This document shows positions 27,950 through 37,893 of a stretch of 64,000 nt of DNA, in pieces. Each line of letters starts with the position of its first letter. Within the stretch, counting starts at the first letter, position 1. The notes under the pieces are model-generated. The model saw only the letters and a program-made list of their open reading frames with translations, made no database searches and was not told the origin of the DNA. The DNA comes from Polyangiaceae bacterium (GTDB lineage: Bacteria > Myxococcota_A > Polyangia > Polyangiales > Polyangiaceae): NCBI GenBank assembly GCA_044376115.1, contig JBILLK010000002.1, positions 128,001 to 192,000 of the forward strand. The letters run 5' to 3'. Both the position numbers and the translations under genes were made by a program.

Positions 27950-28829
27950 CGTGGAGCTTGCTGGCGAGCTCGTCGGCGTTCGAGGAGAGACTCACGAGTT
28001 TGCGAATCACTGGCAAGATGCCCGTCTCCACTTCGTAGTGGTCTCTACCAAGGAACACCATCGGCGAGACGACGTCGAAGGTCTTGTAGAAGTTCTGGGC
28101 CAAATCCATGAAGATCTCCTGCCAGGTCCCGGCCTTACCCGGCGCAAACACCACTCCACCCTTAGCGATGGCGAGCAGCGTGTCTTCGCGCAGGCCGTTC
28201 GAGAAGTACTTGGCGATGGCGGTGCCGAAGAGGTTGGTCGGCTCGTGCCCGTAGAACCAAGTCGGTACGGCTAGCGATGGCGTACGCGTCGGAAAGCGCT
28301 CGACCACCCGGCGTGCCGCGCTCAGGTATTCCGGTTTGCGGTAGTCATTTTCGACGCTGAGCAAGGCGAGGGCTTCGTCGACCGCCTCGAGTGGGTAGGA
28401 CGCCAAGCTAGCCCCCAGGTTGGTGGCCTCCATGATGCCCGGACCTCCGCCGCTGGCCACGGTGATCCCGCAAGCCGCGAGCTCGTGTGAGAGCTGCGCG
28501 ACGCAGCGGTATTCGCTGCTGCTGCGCGATTTGCCGTGGCCCCCCATGACTGCCACGAGCGTCGCTTCTCGAGCGCCACCCACGGGGCTACTCTCGGCCA
28601 AGAAACGGCGCAAAGCCTCATCGATCGACCAGTCGTGCAGCCGCTCCACATAGGCCTCCTCGCGGCTGGGGTTGCGCCGCCCGAAGTTGGAGAAGTGCTG
28701 GTAGATGGCGTAGTCCCGGGTCGACTCAAGCGTGCCGTCGGCGCCCGAAAGCAGCTCCTCGGGCGAATAGAGCTCGGTTCGAAGTGGGTCGAAGGGCAGG
28801 TTGTGAGCTTGAAAGTCCGGTGTAGGCAT
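27882..28829 (-). CDS. LOG-family / Rossmann-fold nucleotide-binding protein
   Basis: VMGGH, SGGGPGIMEA.NLGA, PTWFYGHEP, KYFSN.LRED, PGKAGT.QEIF; start uncertain. Confidence 0.85.
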   Translation of the reverse strand: MPTPDFQAHNLPFDPLRTELYSPEELLSGADGTLESTRDYAIYQHFSNFGRRNPSREEAYVERLHDWSIDEALRRFLAESSPVGGAREATLVAVMGGHGKSRSSSEYRCVAQLSHELAACGITVASGGGPGIMEATNLGASLASYPLEAVDEALALLSVENDYRKPEYLSAARRVVERFPTRTPSLAVPTWFYGHEPTNLFGTAIAKYFSNGLREDTLLAIAKGGVVFAPGKAGTWQEIFMDLAQNFYKTFDVVSPMVFLGRDHYEVETGILPVIRKLVSLSSNADELASKLHVTDDAREAVAFLRECARSSPTP

Positions 28830-28915
28830 AGGGCGCGGCTCCTCGTGCGAGCTTGTTGCAAGGGCGGGTGAGTTCCCGATCCGCTTGGCGTTTGCGATTG
28901 TATGCTTCGCCACCG

Positions 28916-30031
28916 ATGAGTGCCGGACTCGCTTTCGAACACGTCGTAAAAAAGTACGGCACCACGCGCGTGCTCGATGACGTTCACTTCGAGACCAAGC
29001 CTAGTGAGCTGGTCGTCCTGGTAGGGCCCAGCGGCTGCGGCAAGTCCACCTTGATGCGGCTCGTCGCGGGGCTCGAGACGATCGATGAAGGGCGCATCGT
29101 CTTCAATGACCGCGTGCTCAATCAGGTCCCGCCCCACGAGCGTGGAGTGGGGATGGTGTTTCAGAGTTATGCGCTCTACCCGCATATGACCGTGGCGGAG
29201 AACCTCGGTTTTCCGCTGCGCGTACGCAAAGTGGATCCGAGCGAGGTCGCTCGCGAGGTTGCGCGCGTCGCCGACATGCTCTCGCTCGGACCGCTGCTCG
29301 AACGGTTGCCGAAGGCGCTCTCGGGCGGTCAGCGTCAACGCGTGGCGATCGGTCGATGTCTGGTGCGCAAGCCGGAGATCTATTGCTTCGACGAGCCGCT
29401 CTCGAACCTCGATGCGGCGCTGCGCTCGGAGATCCGTGTCGAGCTGAAGGCGCTGCAACGCGAGCTCGGTAAGACCGCGCTGTACGTGACGCACGACCAA
29501 ACCGAGGCGATGACGATGGCCGATCGCATCGTGGTGCTGTTCAAAGGCGTGGTGCAGCAAGTGGGCTCGCCGCGGGATCTGTACGAGCGTCCACAAAACC
29601 AGTTCGTTGCACGCTTCATTGGCTCACCGGCGATGACCTGCATTCGCGGTCGTATCGAGGGCGGGCTGTTCAGCGCAGGTGCGCTGCAGTTCGGCTTGCC
29701 TGCGGGCTTCAAGGATGGCGAGGTCGTGCTCGGCGTGCGGCCGGAGCACGTGGCCTTGGTCGAGCCAGGTGAGTCCGGCTCGACTGAGGCTGTGGTCCGG
29801 GCCATCGAGCCGGTGGGTGAAAACGGCTACGCGCACGTGGAGATCAACGGTCTGCGCACAGTGGACGAGACCAAACGCGGCTCAGGCTCGATCGTCGCCA
29901 GCATCGGTGGCGCGCGCGCCTTCGCGTTGCGCACTGGTGAGCGCGTTGGGGTGCGCTGCTCGGTGGAGGCTCTTTCGTTGTTCGACGGTCAATCGGGAGC
30001 GCGTTTGGAAGCGGTGACGTCCAGCCCATGA
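28916..30031 (+). CDS. Sugar ABC transporter ATP-binding protein (MalK-like)
   Basis: GPSGCGKS, VFQSYALYPHM, LSGGQRQR, DEPLSNLD, YVTHDQ, C-terminal GVRPE. Confidence 0.95.
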   Translation: MSAGLAFEHVVKKYGTTRVLDDVHFETKPSELVVLVGPSGCGKSTLMRLVAGLETIDEGRIVFNDRVLNQVPPHERGVGMVFQSYALYPHMTVAENLGFPLRVRKVDPSEVAREVARVADMLSLGPLLERLPKALSGGQRQRVAIGRCLVRKPEIYCFDEPLSNLDAALRSEIRVELKALQRELGKTALYVTHDQTEAMTMADRIVVLFKGVVQQVGSPRDLYERPQNQFVARFIGSPAMTCIRGRIEGGLFSAGALQFGLPAGFKDGEVVLGVRPEHVALVEPGESGSTEAVVRAIEPVGENGYAHVEINGLRTVDETKRGSGSIVASIGGARAFALRTGERVGVRCSVEALSLFDGQSGARLEAVTSSP

Positions 30032-32250
30032 GCCAGCGAGCGAGCGTGCTGCGTTTGCGACGCGTGGTTGTGGCGCTACTCGTGGCGGCGCTGATTGCTT
30101 TGCTGGTGCTCGCTCGTCAGGGAGGAGAGGCTGGCGGTGGCGGCGTGCGCATCGTGGTTTGGCACTCGCAACGCGGAGCCGAGAAGGAGCTGCTCGAGAG
30201 CCTATTGCGCCGCTTCAACGAACAGCATCGCGGCAGCATCTACGCTGAGCCGCTCGCCGTTCCAGAGAGCTCCTTCAAAGACAAGGTGCTTCGCACCGTG
30301 CCGCGTGGCGCCGGTCCAGACGTCTTCTTGCGGCCCCACAACGAGCTCGGGGAGTTCTTGCGTGATGAGGTCCTCCGTCCAGTGGAGAGCCACGCCTTCC
30401 CCAAAACGCGCGCCTCGTACCACCCGGGGTTGATCGACGGAGTCTCCAGTGAGGGCGCAGTTTATGGCGTGCCCCTGACCTTCAAAGCGCTGGTGCTCTT
30501 CTACGACCAAGAGCTTTACCCAAGCGGCCCACCGGCGGATCTCGACGAACTATTGCGCAACCGCGAGCGCAAGTATCCGCTGGTCTACGACGCCACTAGC
30601 TTCTTCTTTCATGCGCCGTTCTTCCTCGCGAGTGGCGGTCAGATCTTCGATGAGCAAGGCAAGCTGGCACCGTTCGAAGGAGCCGGTCTGGCTTCTTTCG
30701 AGGAGCCGAAGGCTTGGCGCGCTGCAGGTATTTTGCCGCCCGACGTCAGCTACAACGACGCTGTGCGGCTGTTCGAGGAGGGCTCGGCCGGCAGCTTGAT
30801 CAACGGTCCCTGGTATTCGCCCAAAGCGGCAGACGGGCGCACGGATCGCTTCGCGATTGCGCCGTTGCCCGTGCGCAACGGCAAGCCGATGGGCTCGCTC
30901 GTCACGGTGGAAGCGGCCTTCATTAGCAAGAGTACGACGCAGCCGGCCGCCGCCGAAGAGCTCGTGCGCTTCTTGGCCGGGGAAGATGCGGCGCTCTTGC
31001 GCGCAACCAAGCTGGGGCTCCCTCCGCCCTTTGCTGTTGCGGACCCAGCCGTCAAAAACAACGTTTCGATCGCGGTGCAAACCCAGAGCTTGGTCAACGG
31101 CCAAGTCACGCCGGCGAGCACGCTGATGGCGGCTGTGTGGCGGCCCGCAGACGACGTGCTGAAGGCGAGCATGCGAGGGGAAGATCTGAGCGAGCCAGTC
31201 GCGGTTGCACGAGCCACCTTGCTCGAGGTTCAGCGCCCGCGACCGAGCGGCGGTAAGCCTGTGTTCTTCGGCGTCGCGCTCACCGCGCTCTTAGGCTTGG
31301 CCACGATGATGCTCGTGCGTCGGGTTCGGCTCGACGTTGCTTCGCCGGATGCAGCGCGTTCCAAGTTGCTCGGTAACTACGGCGCGGGTGCCGTGCCCTT
31401 CTTGTTGCCCGGCATCGTCTCAACTGCGCTGCTCGTGCTCGTTCCCGCGTTGGTGGCCGCCGGCATGAGCTTCTTCGAGTATCACGAGGGCTCGTTCGAC
31501 TATGTCGGCTTGGCGAACTTCCACGACATCCTGTTGCCGTCGCTGGATCGTGCTTTCGCCTCGCGATCTTTCTACTTCGCCTTGGCGGTCACCATTTTGT
31601 GGACCCTGGTGAACGTACTCTGCCACTTGACGTTGGGCGTCCTGGTCGCGCTTTGTTTGCGACCAGCCTGGGTCAGACTGCGCGGCTTCTTTCGCGTGCT
31701 GTTGGTGCTGCCCTGGGCGATCCCCAACTACATCACTGCGCTGATGTGGAAAGGCATGTTCCACGCTCAGGTCGGCGCGATCAACGCACTGCTGGCGCCC
31801 TTCGGGTTTGAGGGCTTCCAATGGTTCAACACCTTCTACACGGCCTTCCTGGCCAACGTGCTGACCAATACCTGGCTCGGCTTTCCGTTCATGATGATCG
31901 TCACCTTGGGCGCGCTGACGAGCATCCCCAAAGAGGTGGAGGAGGCCGCCGAACTCGACGGTGCGTCCAAGTTCCAGCGCTTTACCTTGGTGCTCTTTCC
32001 GTACCTGCGGCCAGCGCTCGTCCCGTCGATCATCCTCGGCAGCGTTTGGACCTTCAACATGTTCAACGTCGTCTACTTGGTGAGCGGTGGTGAGCCCGCC
32101 TCGGAGACCGACATCCTGATCAGCGAGGCCTACCGCTGGGCCTTCGAACGCGGGCAGCGCTTCGGCTACGCAGCCGCCTATTCGGTGCTGATCTTCGCCT
32201 TCTTGCTGCTCTATGGCCGCCTAACCGAGCGAGTGTCGAAGTCCACATGA
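30028..32250 (+). CDS. Fused sugar-binding protein + permease (MalE-MalF-like)
   Basis: N-terminal SBP (GPDVF, YGVPLT, INGPW) followed in frame by a permease (LPWAIP, NTWLGFPFMM, EAAELDGAS). Confidence 0.9.
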   Translation: MSQRASVLRLRRVVVALLVAALIALLVLARQGGEAGGGGVRIVVWHSQRGAEKELLESLLRRFNEQHRGSIYAEPLAVPESSFKDKVLRTVPRGAGPDVFLRPHNELGEFLRDEVLRPVESHAFPKTRASYHPGLIDGVSSEGAVYGVPLTFKALVLFYDQELYPSGPPADLDELLRNRERKYPLVYDATSFFFHAPFFLASGGQIFDEQGKLAPFEGAGLASFEEPKAWRAAGILPPDVSYNDAVRLFEEGSAGSLINGPWYSPKAADGRTDRFAIAPLPVRNGKPMGSLVTVEAAFISKSTTQPAAAEELVRFLAGEDAALLRATKLGLPPPFAVADPAVKNNVSIAVQTQSLVNGQVTPASTLMAAVWRPADDVLKASMRGEDLSEPVAVARATLLEVQRPRPSGGKPVFFGVALTALLGLATMMLVRRVRLDVASPDAARSKLLGNYGAGAVPFLLPGIVSTALLVLVPALVAAGMSFFEYHEGSFDYVGLANFHDILLPSLDRAFASRSFYFALAVTILWTLVNVLCHLTLGVLVALCLRPAWVRLRGFFRVLLVLPWAIPNYITALMWKGMFHAQVGAINALLAPFGFEGFQWFNTFYTAFLANVLTNTWLGFPFMMIVTLGALTSIPKEVEEAAELDGASKFQRFTLVLFPYLRPALVPSIILGSVWTFNMFNVVYLVSGGEPASETDILISEAYRWAFERGQRFGYAAAYSVLIFAFLLLYGRLTERVSKST

Positions 32251-33095
32251 AGCCGCGCATCTGGGAAGTCGTGCTGGTGTACAGCGTGCTGTTCGTGATG
32301 TCCGGCGTGGTGCTCTATCCGGTGCTTTGGGTGCTGCGGCTCGCCCTTACAGACGGTGGTCGTTTGGCCGCTTCTTCCGCGCTGCCGATCCCCACCGAGG
32401 TCTCCTGGGCGAACTTCGACGCGTTCATCTTCGCGCGCGACTTCCAAGGTCGTTACATCTTCTTCGTTCAGTTGGGTAACTCGCTTCTGGTCAGCGCTGC
32501 GGCCACCTTCATTGGCGTTGCTTTTGCGCTCTCGGCCTCCTTTGCCTTCTCACGGTTTGTCTTTCCGCTGCGCGAGACGGGCCTGCGAGCCATGCTCACC
32601 AGCCAGATGTTCCCGGCCGTGGTGACGGCCGTGCCGTTGCTCCTGCTGCTCGATGCGCTGGGCCTGTTCGGGACGACGGCGGGCCTGGTGTTGATCTATT
32701 CGACCAGCTCGGTGCCCTTCAGCATTTGGATGCTCAAGGGCTACTTTGACACGATCCCTCGCGACCTCGACGAGAGCGCGCGTTTGGACGGCGCCTCGAG
32801 CTGGGTCGTCTTTTGGCACATTCTGTTGCCGCTGGTGAGACCAGGCATCGGCATTACGGCGCTCTTCAGCTTCATGACCGCCTACAACGAGTTCATCATG
32901 GCCTCGATATTCCTCGATGATGTGGCTCGTTACACGCTGCCGGTGACCCTGCAGCAGTCTGTCGGCGGCTTCGATCCGAACTGGGGGCTGTTTGCCGCAG
33001 GCTCGCTGGTGCTCTCGGCTCCCATCGTTTTGCTGTTCTATTTCGTGCAGCGGGAGCTTGTATCTGGGATGACCGCTGGGGCGGTAAAGGGATGA
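32247..33095 (+). CDS. Sugar ABC transporter permease (MalG-like)
   Basis: QMFP, WMLKGYFDTIP.DLDESARLDGAS, TLPV, G.TAGAVKG. Confidence 0.95.
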   Translation: MKPRIWEVVLVYSVLFVMSGVVLYPVLWVLRLALTDGGRLAASSALPIPTEVSWANFDAFIFARDFQGRYIFFVQLGNSLLVSAAATFIGVAFALSASFAFSRFVFPLRETGLRAMLTSQMFPAVVTAVPLLLLLDALGLFGTTAGLVLIYSTSSVPFSIWMLKGYFDTIPRDLDESARLDGASSWVVFWHILLPLVRPGIGITALFSFMTAYNEFIMASIFLDDVARYTLPVTLQQSVGGFDPNWGLFAAGSLVLSAPIVLLFYFVQRELVSGMTAGAVKG

Positions 33096-34177
33096 ACGTT
33101 CGCGCTCTCGGTATTGGTCTCTTCGTCGTAGTAGGTGGGTTCGCAGCATTCTTGATGAGCGGTCGTCCGCTGCCCTCGTTCGGTACAAAATCCAGCGCGA
33201 GCGCGAGCGCGGCGGCCAAACCGCCGGAGGAGCTGCCCGTGCGCGTGCTGGTGGTGAAGAAGCAACCGCTCTCCACCAAGCTCGCCTCCAACGGCACGCT
33301 GCGCTCGAACGAATCGGTGGACCTTACGGCCGAGGTGACGCGGCGCTTGCGCAAGATCCACGTCAAGGACGGTGACCGCGTCAAGAAGGGAGACCTGTTG
33401 TTCGAGCTGGACGCGGTGGACCTTGCCGCGCGCTCCACCGAGGTCGCCGTGCGCCGCAAGGCGCTACTCGAGGTAGAAGAGCGGCAACGCAAACTGCGCG
33501 AGGAGGGGCTCTCCTCCAAGACCGACTATGATCGTGCCAAGGCGGAGCTCGACATCGCCTCGGCGAACTTCGCGGTGGTCTCGGCGGATCTGGAGCGCAC
33601 CAAGATCCGCGCGCCGTTCGACGGCAAGCTCGGTCTCTTGCGCGTGAGCGAGGGGGCGATGGTTGGTCCGGAGCGGCCGCTCGTCTCGCTCGAAGACGAC
33701 TCCCGCGTGAAGATCGACTTCACGGTGCCGGAGCGTTTCTCGCCCCACGTGTCGGTGGGCGCTAAGTTCTCCTTCCGCACCGAAGGGGGCGTGCCCATCG
33801 CCGCCAGCGTGATCGCGATCGAACCACGGCTCGACGAGCGAACGCGAAGCATTCGCTTGCGCGGATTGTCCGAGCCGATCGACCCGAAGCAAGGAGCTGT
33901 CTACGCTGGGGAGTACGTATCGGTCGAGCTCGAGGTCAAGAGCACGACCGAGGTGGTGCTGGTGCCGTCGCCGATCGTAACGCCCTCACTCGGCGGTCAC
34001 TCGGTGTACGTGGTGGAGGACGGCGTGGCCAAAGTGCGCGCGGTGGAACTAGGCATTCGCACCGAGAGCGAGGTTGGCATCATCAAAGGGTTGGAAGCAG
34101 CCGACAAGGTGATCGTCAGCAACGTGGTGCGCGTTCGCCCCGGTAGCAAAGTGAAGATCAGCGAGGACGCGCCGTGA
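33092..34177 (+). CDS. RND efflux periplasmic adaptor (MFP)
   Basis: TM anchor, GDRVKKGDLL, IRAPFDG, VELGIR. Confidence 0.92.
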   Translation: MNVRALGIGLFVVVGGFAAFLMSGRPLPSFGTKSSASASAAAKPPEELPVRVLVVKKQPLSTKLASNGTLRSNESVDLTAEVTRRLRKIHVKDGDRVKKGDLLFELDAVDLAARSTEVAVRRKALLEVEERQRKLREEGLSSKTDYDRAKAELDIASANFAVVSADLERTKIRAPFDGKLGLLRVSEGAMVGPERPLVSLEDDSRVKIDFTVPERFSPHVSVGAKFSFRTEGGVPIAASVIAIEPRLDERTRSIRLRGLSEPIDPKQGAVYAGEYVSVELEVKSTTEVVLVPSPIVTPSLGGHSVYVVEDGVAKVRAVELGIRTESEVGIIKGLEAADKVIVSNVVRVRPGSKVKISEDAP

Positions 34178-37100
34178 CGCTGGCTGAGGTTTGCATTCGC
34201 CGGCCGGTACTTTCGATCGTCCTCTCAGTGGCGATCGTGCTGTTCGGGGTGGTCTCGTTCTTCTCGCTGGGTGTTCGTGAGTACCCCGCGGTGGACCCGC
34301 CGGTGGTAACGGTCACCACCAACTACTCGGGCGCGAATCCGGAGGTGGTGGACTCACAGATCACCGAGCCGTTGGAGCAGGCGTTGGCCGGTATTGCGGG
34401 GGTAAAGAACGTCTTTTCGACGTCGCGCGAGGCGGCTTCTTCAATCCGGGTCGAATTCGAACTCTCGGTCGATCTCGACGATGCGGCCAACGACGTTCGG
34501 GACAAGGTCGCTGGTGCGGTCGGACGTTTGCCGATCGACGCGGACGCTCCCATCGTCGAGAAGGCCGACGCTGACTCGAGCCCGATCATCTTCATGACGG
34601 TCGGCAGCGACACCCAGTCGATCCTCGACGTCTCCCACATCGCGAACACGCGGATCAAGGACAAGATCCAAACCATCCCGGGCGTCAGTTCGGTGCGCAT
34701 CTTCGGGGAGAAGCGCTACTCGATGCGCGTCTGGCTCGACTCGGACAAGCTGAGCGCGCACTCGGTCACGCCGGAAGACGTGCGCAACCGTTTGGCCGCC
34801 TGGAACGTGGACCTTCCGTCTGGCCGCGTCGAAGGCGAAAAGATGGAGGTCGCGGTGCAGACCTCCGGGCGGCTGGAGACGCCGGCCCAGTTCTCGCGCA
34901 TCACGCTGCGTGATGGCGACGGCGCGCCGGTGCGCTTGGAGGACGTGGGCACGGCTGAACTCGGACCGCTCAATACCCGCGGCGGCGTAAAGCGTCGCGG
35001 TCGAGACGTGATCGGCGTGGCGGTCATTCCTCAGCCCAACACCAACGCCATCGCCATCGCCGACGAGTTTTACCGCCGCTTCGAGGACATCAAACGCGAC
35101 ATCCCGCCCGAATACGAAGTGGAGGTCGGCTACGACTTTACGCGCTACATCCGCAAGAGCGTGCTCGAAGTAGAGGAGACGTTGGTCGTGGCCTTCGTCC
35201 TGGTCGCGCTGGTCATCTACCTGTTCCTGCGTGATTTCCGCGCCTCGGTGATCCCAGTGATCGCCATCCCGGTGAGCATCATCGCGACCTTCGCGCTGGT
35301 GAAGCTGTTCGGCTTCTCGATCAACGTATTGACGTTGGTGGGCGTCGTGCTCTCGATCGGCCTCGTATGCGATGACGCGATCGTGGTGCTCGAGACGATC
35401 TACTCGAAGATCGAGAAGGGGATGAAACCGCTGGAAGCTGCGATCAGCGGAGCCAACGAGATCTTCTTCGCCATCGTCTCGACCACCGTCGCCCTGGCCG
35501 TGGTGTTCATGCCGATCGTGTTCGTTTCCGGCCTGACCGGTCAGCTGTTCCGCGAGTTCGCCTTGGTTGTCGTTGGGTCGGTGCTGATCAGCGGCTTCGT
35601 CGCGCTCACGCTCTCGCCGATGATGTGTCGTTACTTGTTGCGCGAGAGCGCTGGGCAGAGCTTCTTTTATCGCCTCACCGAGCCGCTTTTTCGTGGGCTC
35701 ATCGGCGGCTATCGTTGGCTTTTGACTGCCTTCATGAAAGTGCGCATCGTGGCGCCGGCCGTACTGGTGCTGGTGATCGTTTGGTCATATCGCTTGTATG
35801 AGCGCGTGCCTTCCGAGCTAGCGCCGCTCGAGGATCGCAGCAACATACGCATCAACGTGCGCGGACCGGAGGGCGCAACCTACGCCTATACCGAGCGGGA
35901 ACTCGATTCGCTGGCGGCCTACGTGGAAGACAACGTGCCGGAGACGTCGCGCACCTACTCGATCATCGGCGGTTTTGGCGGGACGGGTGGTCCCAACGTG
36001 GGCGTTCAGAATATCTATCTAACGGAGCGGGAAGAGCGCAGCCGGCCGCAAGAGGAGATCTTCCGCCAAGTAGCCAAGGGGATGGGATCGTTCCAGGGGC
36101 TTTCGGCGTTCCCGGCTCAGCCACCGACGATCGGAAGTCGCTTTGCCGGGCAGCCAGTCCAGCTGGTGATTCAGGCGCCCTCGGTGCGTGAGCTTTCAGC
36201 GATCTTGCCCAAGGTTCTGGAGAAGGCCCGGGCGCGTCCGGAGCTGCGCTTCGTCGACGCTGATTTGCGCTTCAACCGACCGCAGCTCTCGCTCGAGGTG
36301 GATCGCGATCGGGCGAGTGAGCTTGGCGTCTCGGCGCTCGACGTAGGTCGGGCGCTGCAGCTCAGTTTGGGTGGCGTTCGCTACGGCTACTTCGTCATGG
36401 AGGGTAAACAGTACGAGGTGATAGGGCAGCTGCGCGAAGCGGATCGGGACGAGCCCACCGATCTGTCGCGGCTCTACATCCGCTCGCCGAGCGGGGAGAT
36501 GTTGCCGCTCTCCGGGTTGGTGAAGAGCCGAGAGTCGGCGGGCCCTGCGTCCTTGTTCCGCTTCGATCGCAACGTCGCCGCCACCGTCTCGGCCGGCCTC
36601 GCCGATGGCAAAACGCTGGGGGAGGGCATCAGCGCCATGCAAGCGGCCGCGGCTGAGGTGTTGCCGCCGGGGTTCTCAACGGCGCTCTCCGGCGAGTCGC
36701 GCGACTACGCAGAGAGTTCATCGTCTACCTCATTGGCCTTCGGCTTTGCGATCGTACTTATTTATCTAGTGCTGGCCGCTTTGTTTGAGAGCTTCCGCGA
36801 TCCGCTCGTCATCCTGATGACGGTACCGCTTTCACTGGCTGGCGCGCTCGCCTCGCTCGACGCGACCTCGCAGAGCCTGAACGTGTTCAGCCGCATCGGC
36901 ATCATCATGTTGGTCGGGCTGGTGACCAAGAACGGAATTTTGGTGGTGGAGTTCGCCAACCATAAGCGGCAGGAGGGGCTGCCTCTGGTGGAGGCCTGCA
37001 TCGAAGGCGCGGTGGATCGCTTCCGGCCGGTACTGATGACGAGCCTCGCGACGATCCTGGGCGTGTTACCGATCGCGCTCTCGCTCGGTGGTGCGGCTGG

Positions 37101-37245
37101 GAGTCGAAAGTCCTTGGGCATCGCCGTGGCCGGCGGGCTCAGCTTTTCGTTGGTTTTGACGCTCTTCTTGGTGCCGGCGATGCACTCGCTGATCGCCCGG
37201 CGCAAGGTCCCAGCGCTAGAGCCGCGCAGCGCTCCCGCGAACTAA
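34174..37245 (+). CDS. RND efflux permease (AcrB/MdtBC family)
   Basis: IRRPV, REYP.VD.P, IGLVCDDAIVV, ALTLSPMM, GLVTKNGIL.VEFA, RFRPVLMT. Confidence 0.96.
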   Translation: MTLAEVCIRRPVLSIVLSVAIVLFGVVSFFSLGVREYPAVDPPVVTVTTNYSGANPEVVDSQITEPLEQALAGIAGVKNVFSTSREAASSIRVEFELSVDLDDAANDVRDKVAGAVGRLPIDADAPIVEKADADSSPIIFMTVGSDTQSILDVSHIANTRIKDKIQTIPGVSSVRIFGEKRYSMRVWLDSDKLSAHSVTPEDVRNRLAAWNVDLPSGRVEGEKMEVAVQTSGRLETPAQFSRITLRDGDGAPVRLEDVGTAELGPLNTRGGVKRRGRDVIGVAVIPQPNTNAIAIADEFYRRFEDIKRDIPPEYEVEVGYDFTRYIRKSVLEVEETLVVAFVLVALVIYLFLRDFRASVIPVIAIPVSIIATFALVKLFGFSINVLTLVGVVLSIGLVCDDAIVVLETIYSKIEKGMKPLEAAISGANEIFFAIVSTTVALAVVFMPIVFVSGLTGQLFREFALVVVGSVLISGFVALTLSPMMCRYLLRESAGQSFFYRLTEPLFRGLIGGYRWLLTAFMKVRIVAPAVLVLVIVWSYRLYERVPSELAPLEDRSNIRINVRGPEGATYAYTERELDSLAAYVEDNVPETSRTYSIIGGFGGTGGPNVGVQNIYLTEREERSRPQEEIFRQVAKGMGSFQGLSAFPAQPPTIGSRFAGQPVQLVIQAPSVRELSAILPKVLEKARARPELRFVDADLRFNRPQLSLEVDRDRASELGVSALDVGRALQLSLGGVRYGYFVMEGKQYEVIGQLREADRDEPTDLSRLYIRSPSGEMLPLSGLVKSRESAGPASLFRFDRNVAATVSAGLADGKTLGEGISAMQAAAAEVLPPGFSTALSGESRDYAESSSSTSLAFGFAIVLIYLVLAALFESFRDPLVILMTVPLSLAGALASLDATSQSLNVFSRIGIIMLVGLVTKNGILVVEFANHKRQEGLPLVEACIEGAVDRFRPVLMTSLATILGVLPIALSLGGAAGSRKSLGIAVAGGLSFSLVLTLFLVPAMHSLIARRKVPALEPRSAPAN

Positions 37246-37263
37246 CGGCACGACTCGCGCCCG

Positions 37264-37860
37264 TCAGCTGCAGGTAACCGTGCCGAAGCAATCGTTGAGC
37301 GTCTCGAAGATCGGCGCTCCCTCGGCGTAGAGGGCAAGGCACTCATCCCAGCAGGGCTGCTGACCTGGGAGGCAGCCTTGGTCGTCGATGCACAAGTAGA
37401 TGATAGCGACGCATTGGTCGTTGGTTGCGCAGGCGCTGACTTCAGCGCAGCAGGCCGCGTAGAGATCGTCGGTACAACTCGCAGGGCTGGGCACGATCCC
37501 GCCGCATTCGGGCTCGGCGGCGCCACAAACCTCGGCGCAGTTGGCTTCACGGCAGACCTTTGCCCCGGAGTTGGTCCACTCGCCCGGAGCCTCGGCGGCC
37601 GCGCTGGCGGTGATGCAACAGTTCGCGTCTTGGCAGGCGGTGCAGGCTTCGCTGGGCTGCGCTAACCCGGAAACGCACGCCGCACCGCCTGCTCCCCCGC
37701 CTCCCGCGCCACCTGAGGGACTGCCCGCGCTGCCACCCGCCCCGCCGTCTGCTGCGCCGCCCAGTCCACCTGCGCCGCTGCTGCTCTCCAAGGAGCATGC
37801 GCATAGCCCAAGCAAGGTCGTGACAACGAGCGTCCACAAACGAAGGCTATTGGTGGTCAT
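37264..37860 (-). CDS. Cys-rich lipoprotein with Gly-rich linker
   Basis: LCAC lipobox, GGAGG linker, many Cys (CTACQDANCC, ACCAEVSAC). Confidence 0.75.
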   Translation of the reverse strand: MTTNSLRLWTLVVTTLLGLCACSLESSSGAGGLGGAADGGAGGSAGSPSGGAGGGGAGGAACVSGLAQPSEACTACQDANCCITASAAAEAPGEWTNSGAKVCREANCAEVCGAAEPECGGIVPSPASCTDDLYAACCAEVSACATNDQCVAIIYLCIDDQGCLPGQQPCWDECLALYAEGAPIFETLNDCFGTVTCS

Positions 37861-37893
37861 CGACAGCGGGCTTACGCGGGTTTGCGCGCTAGC

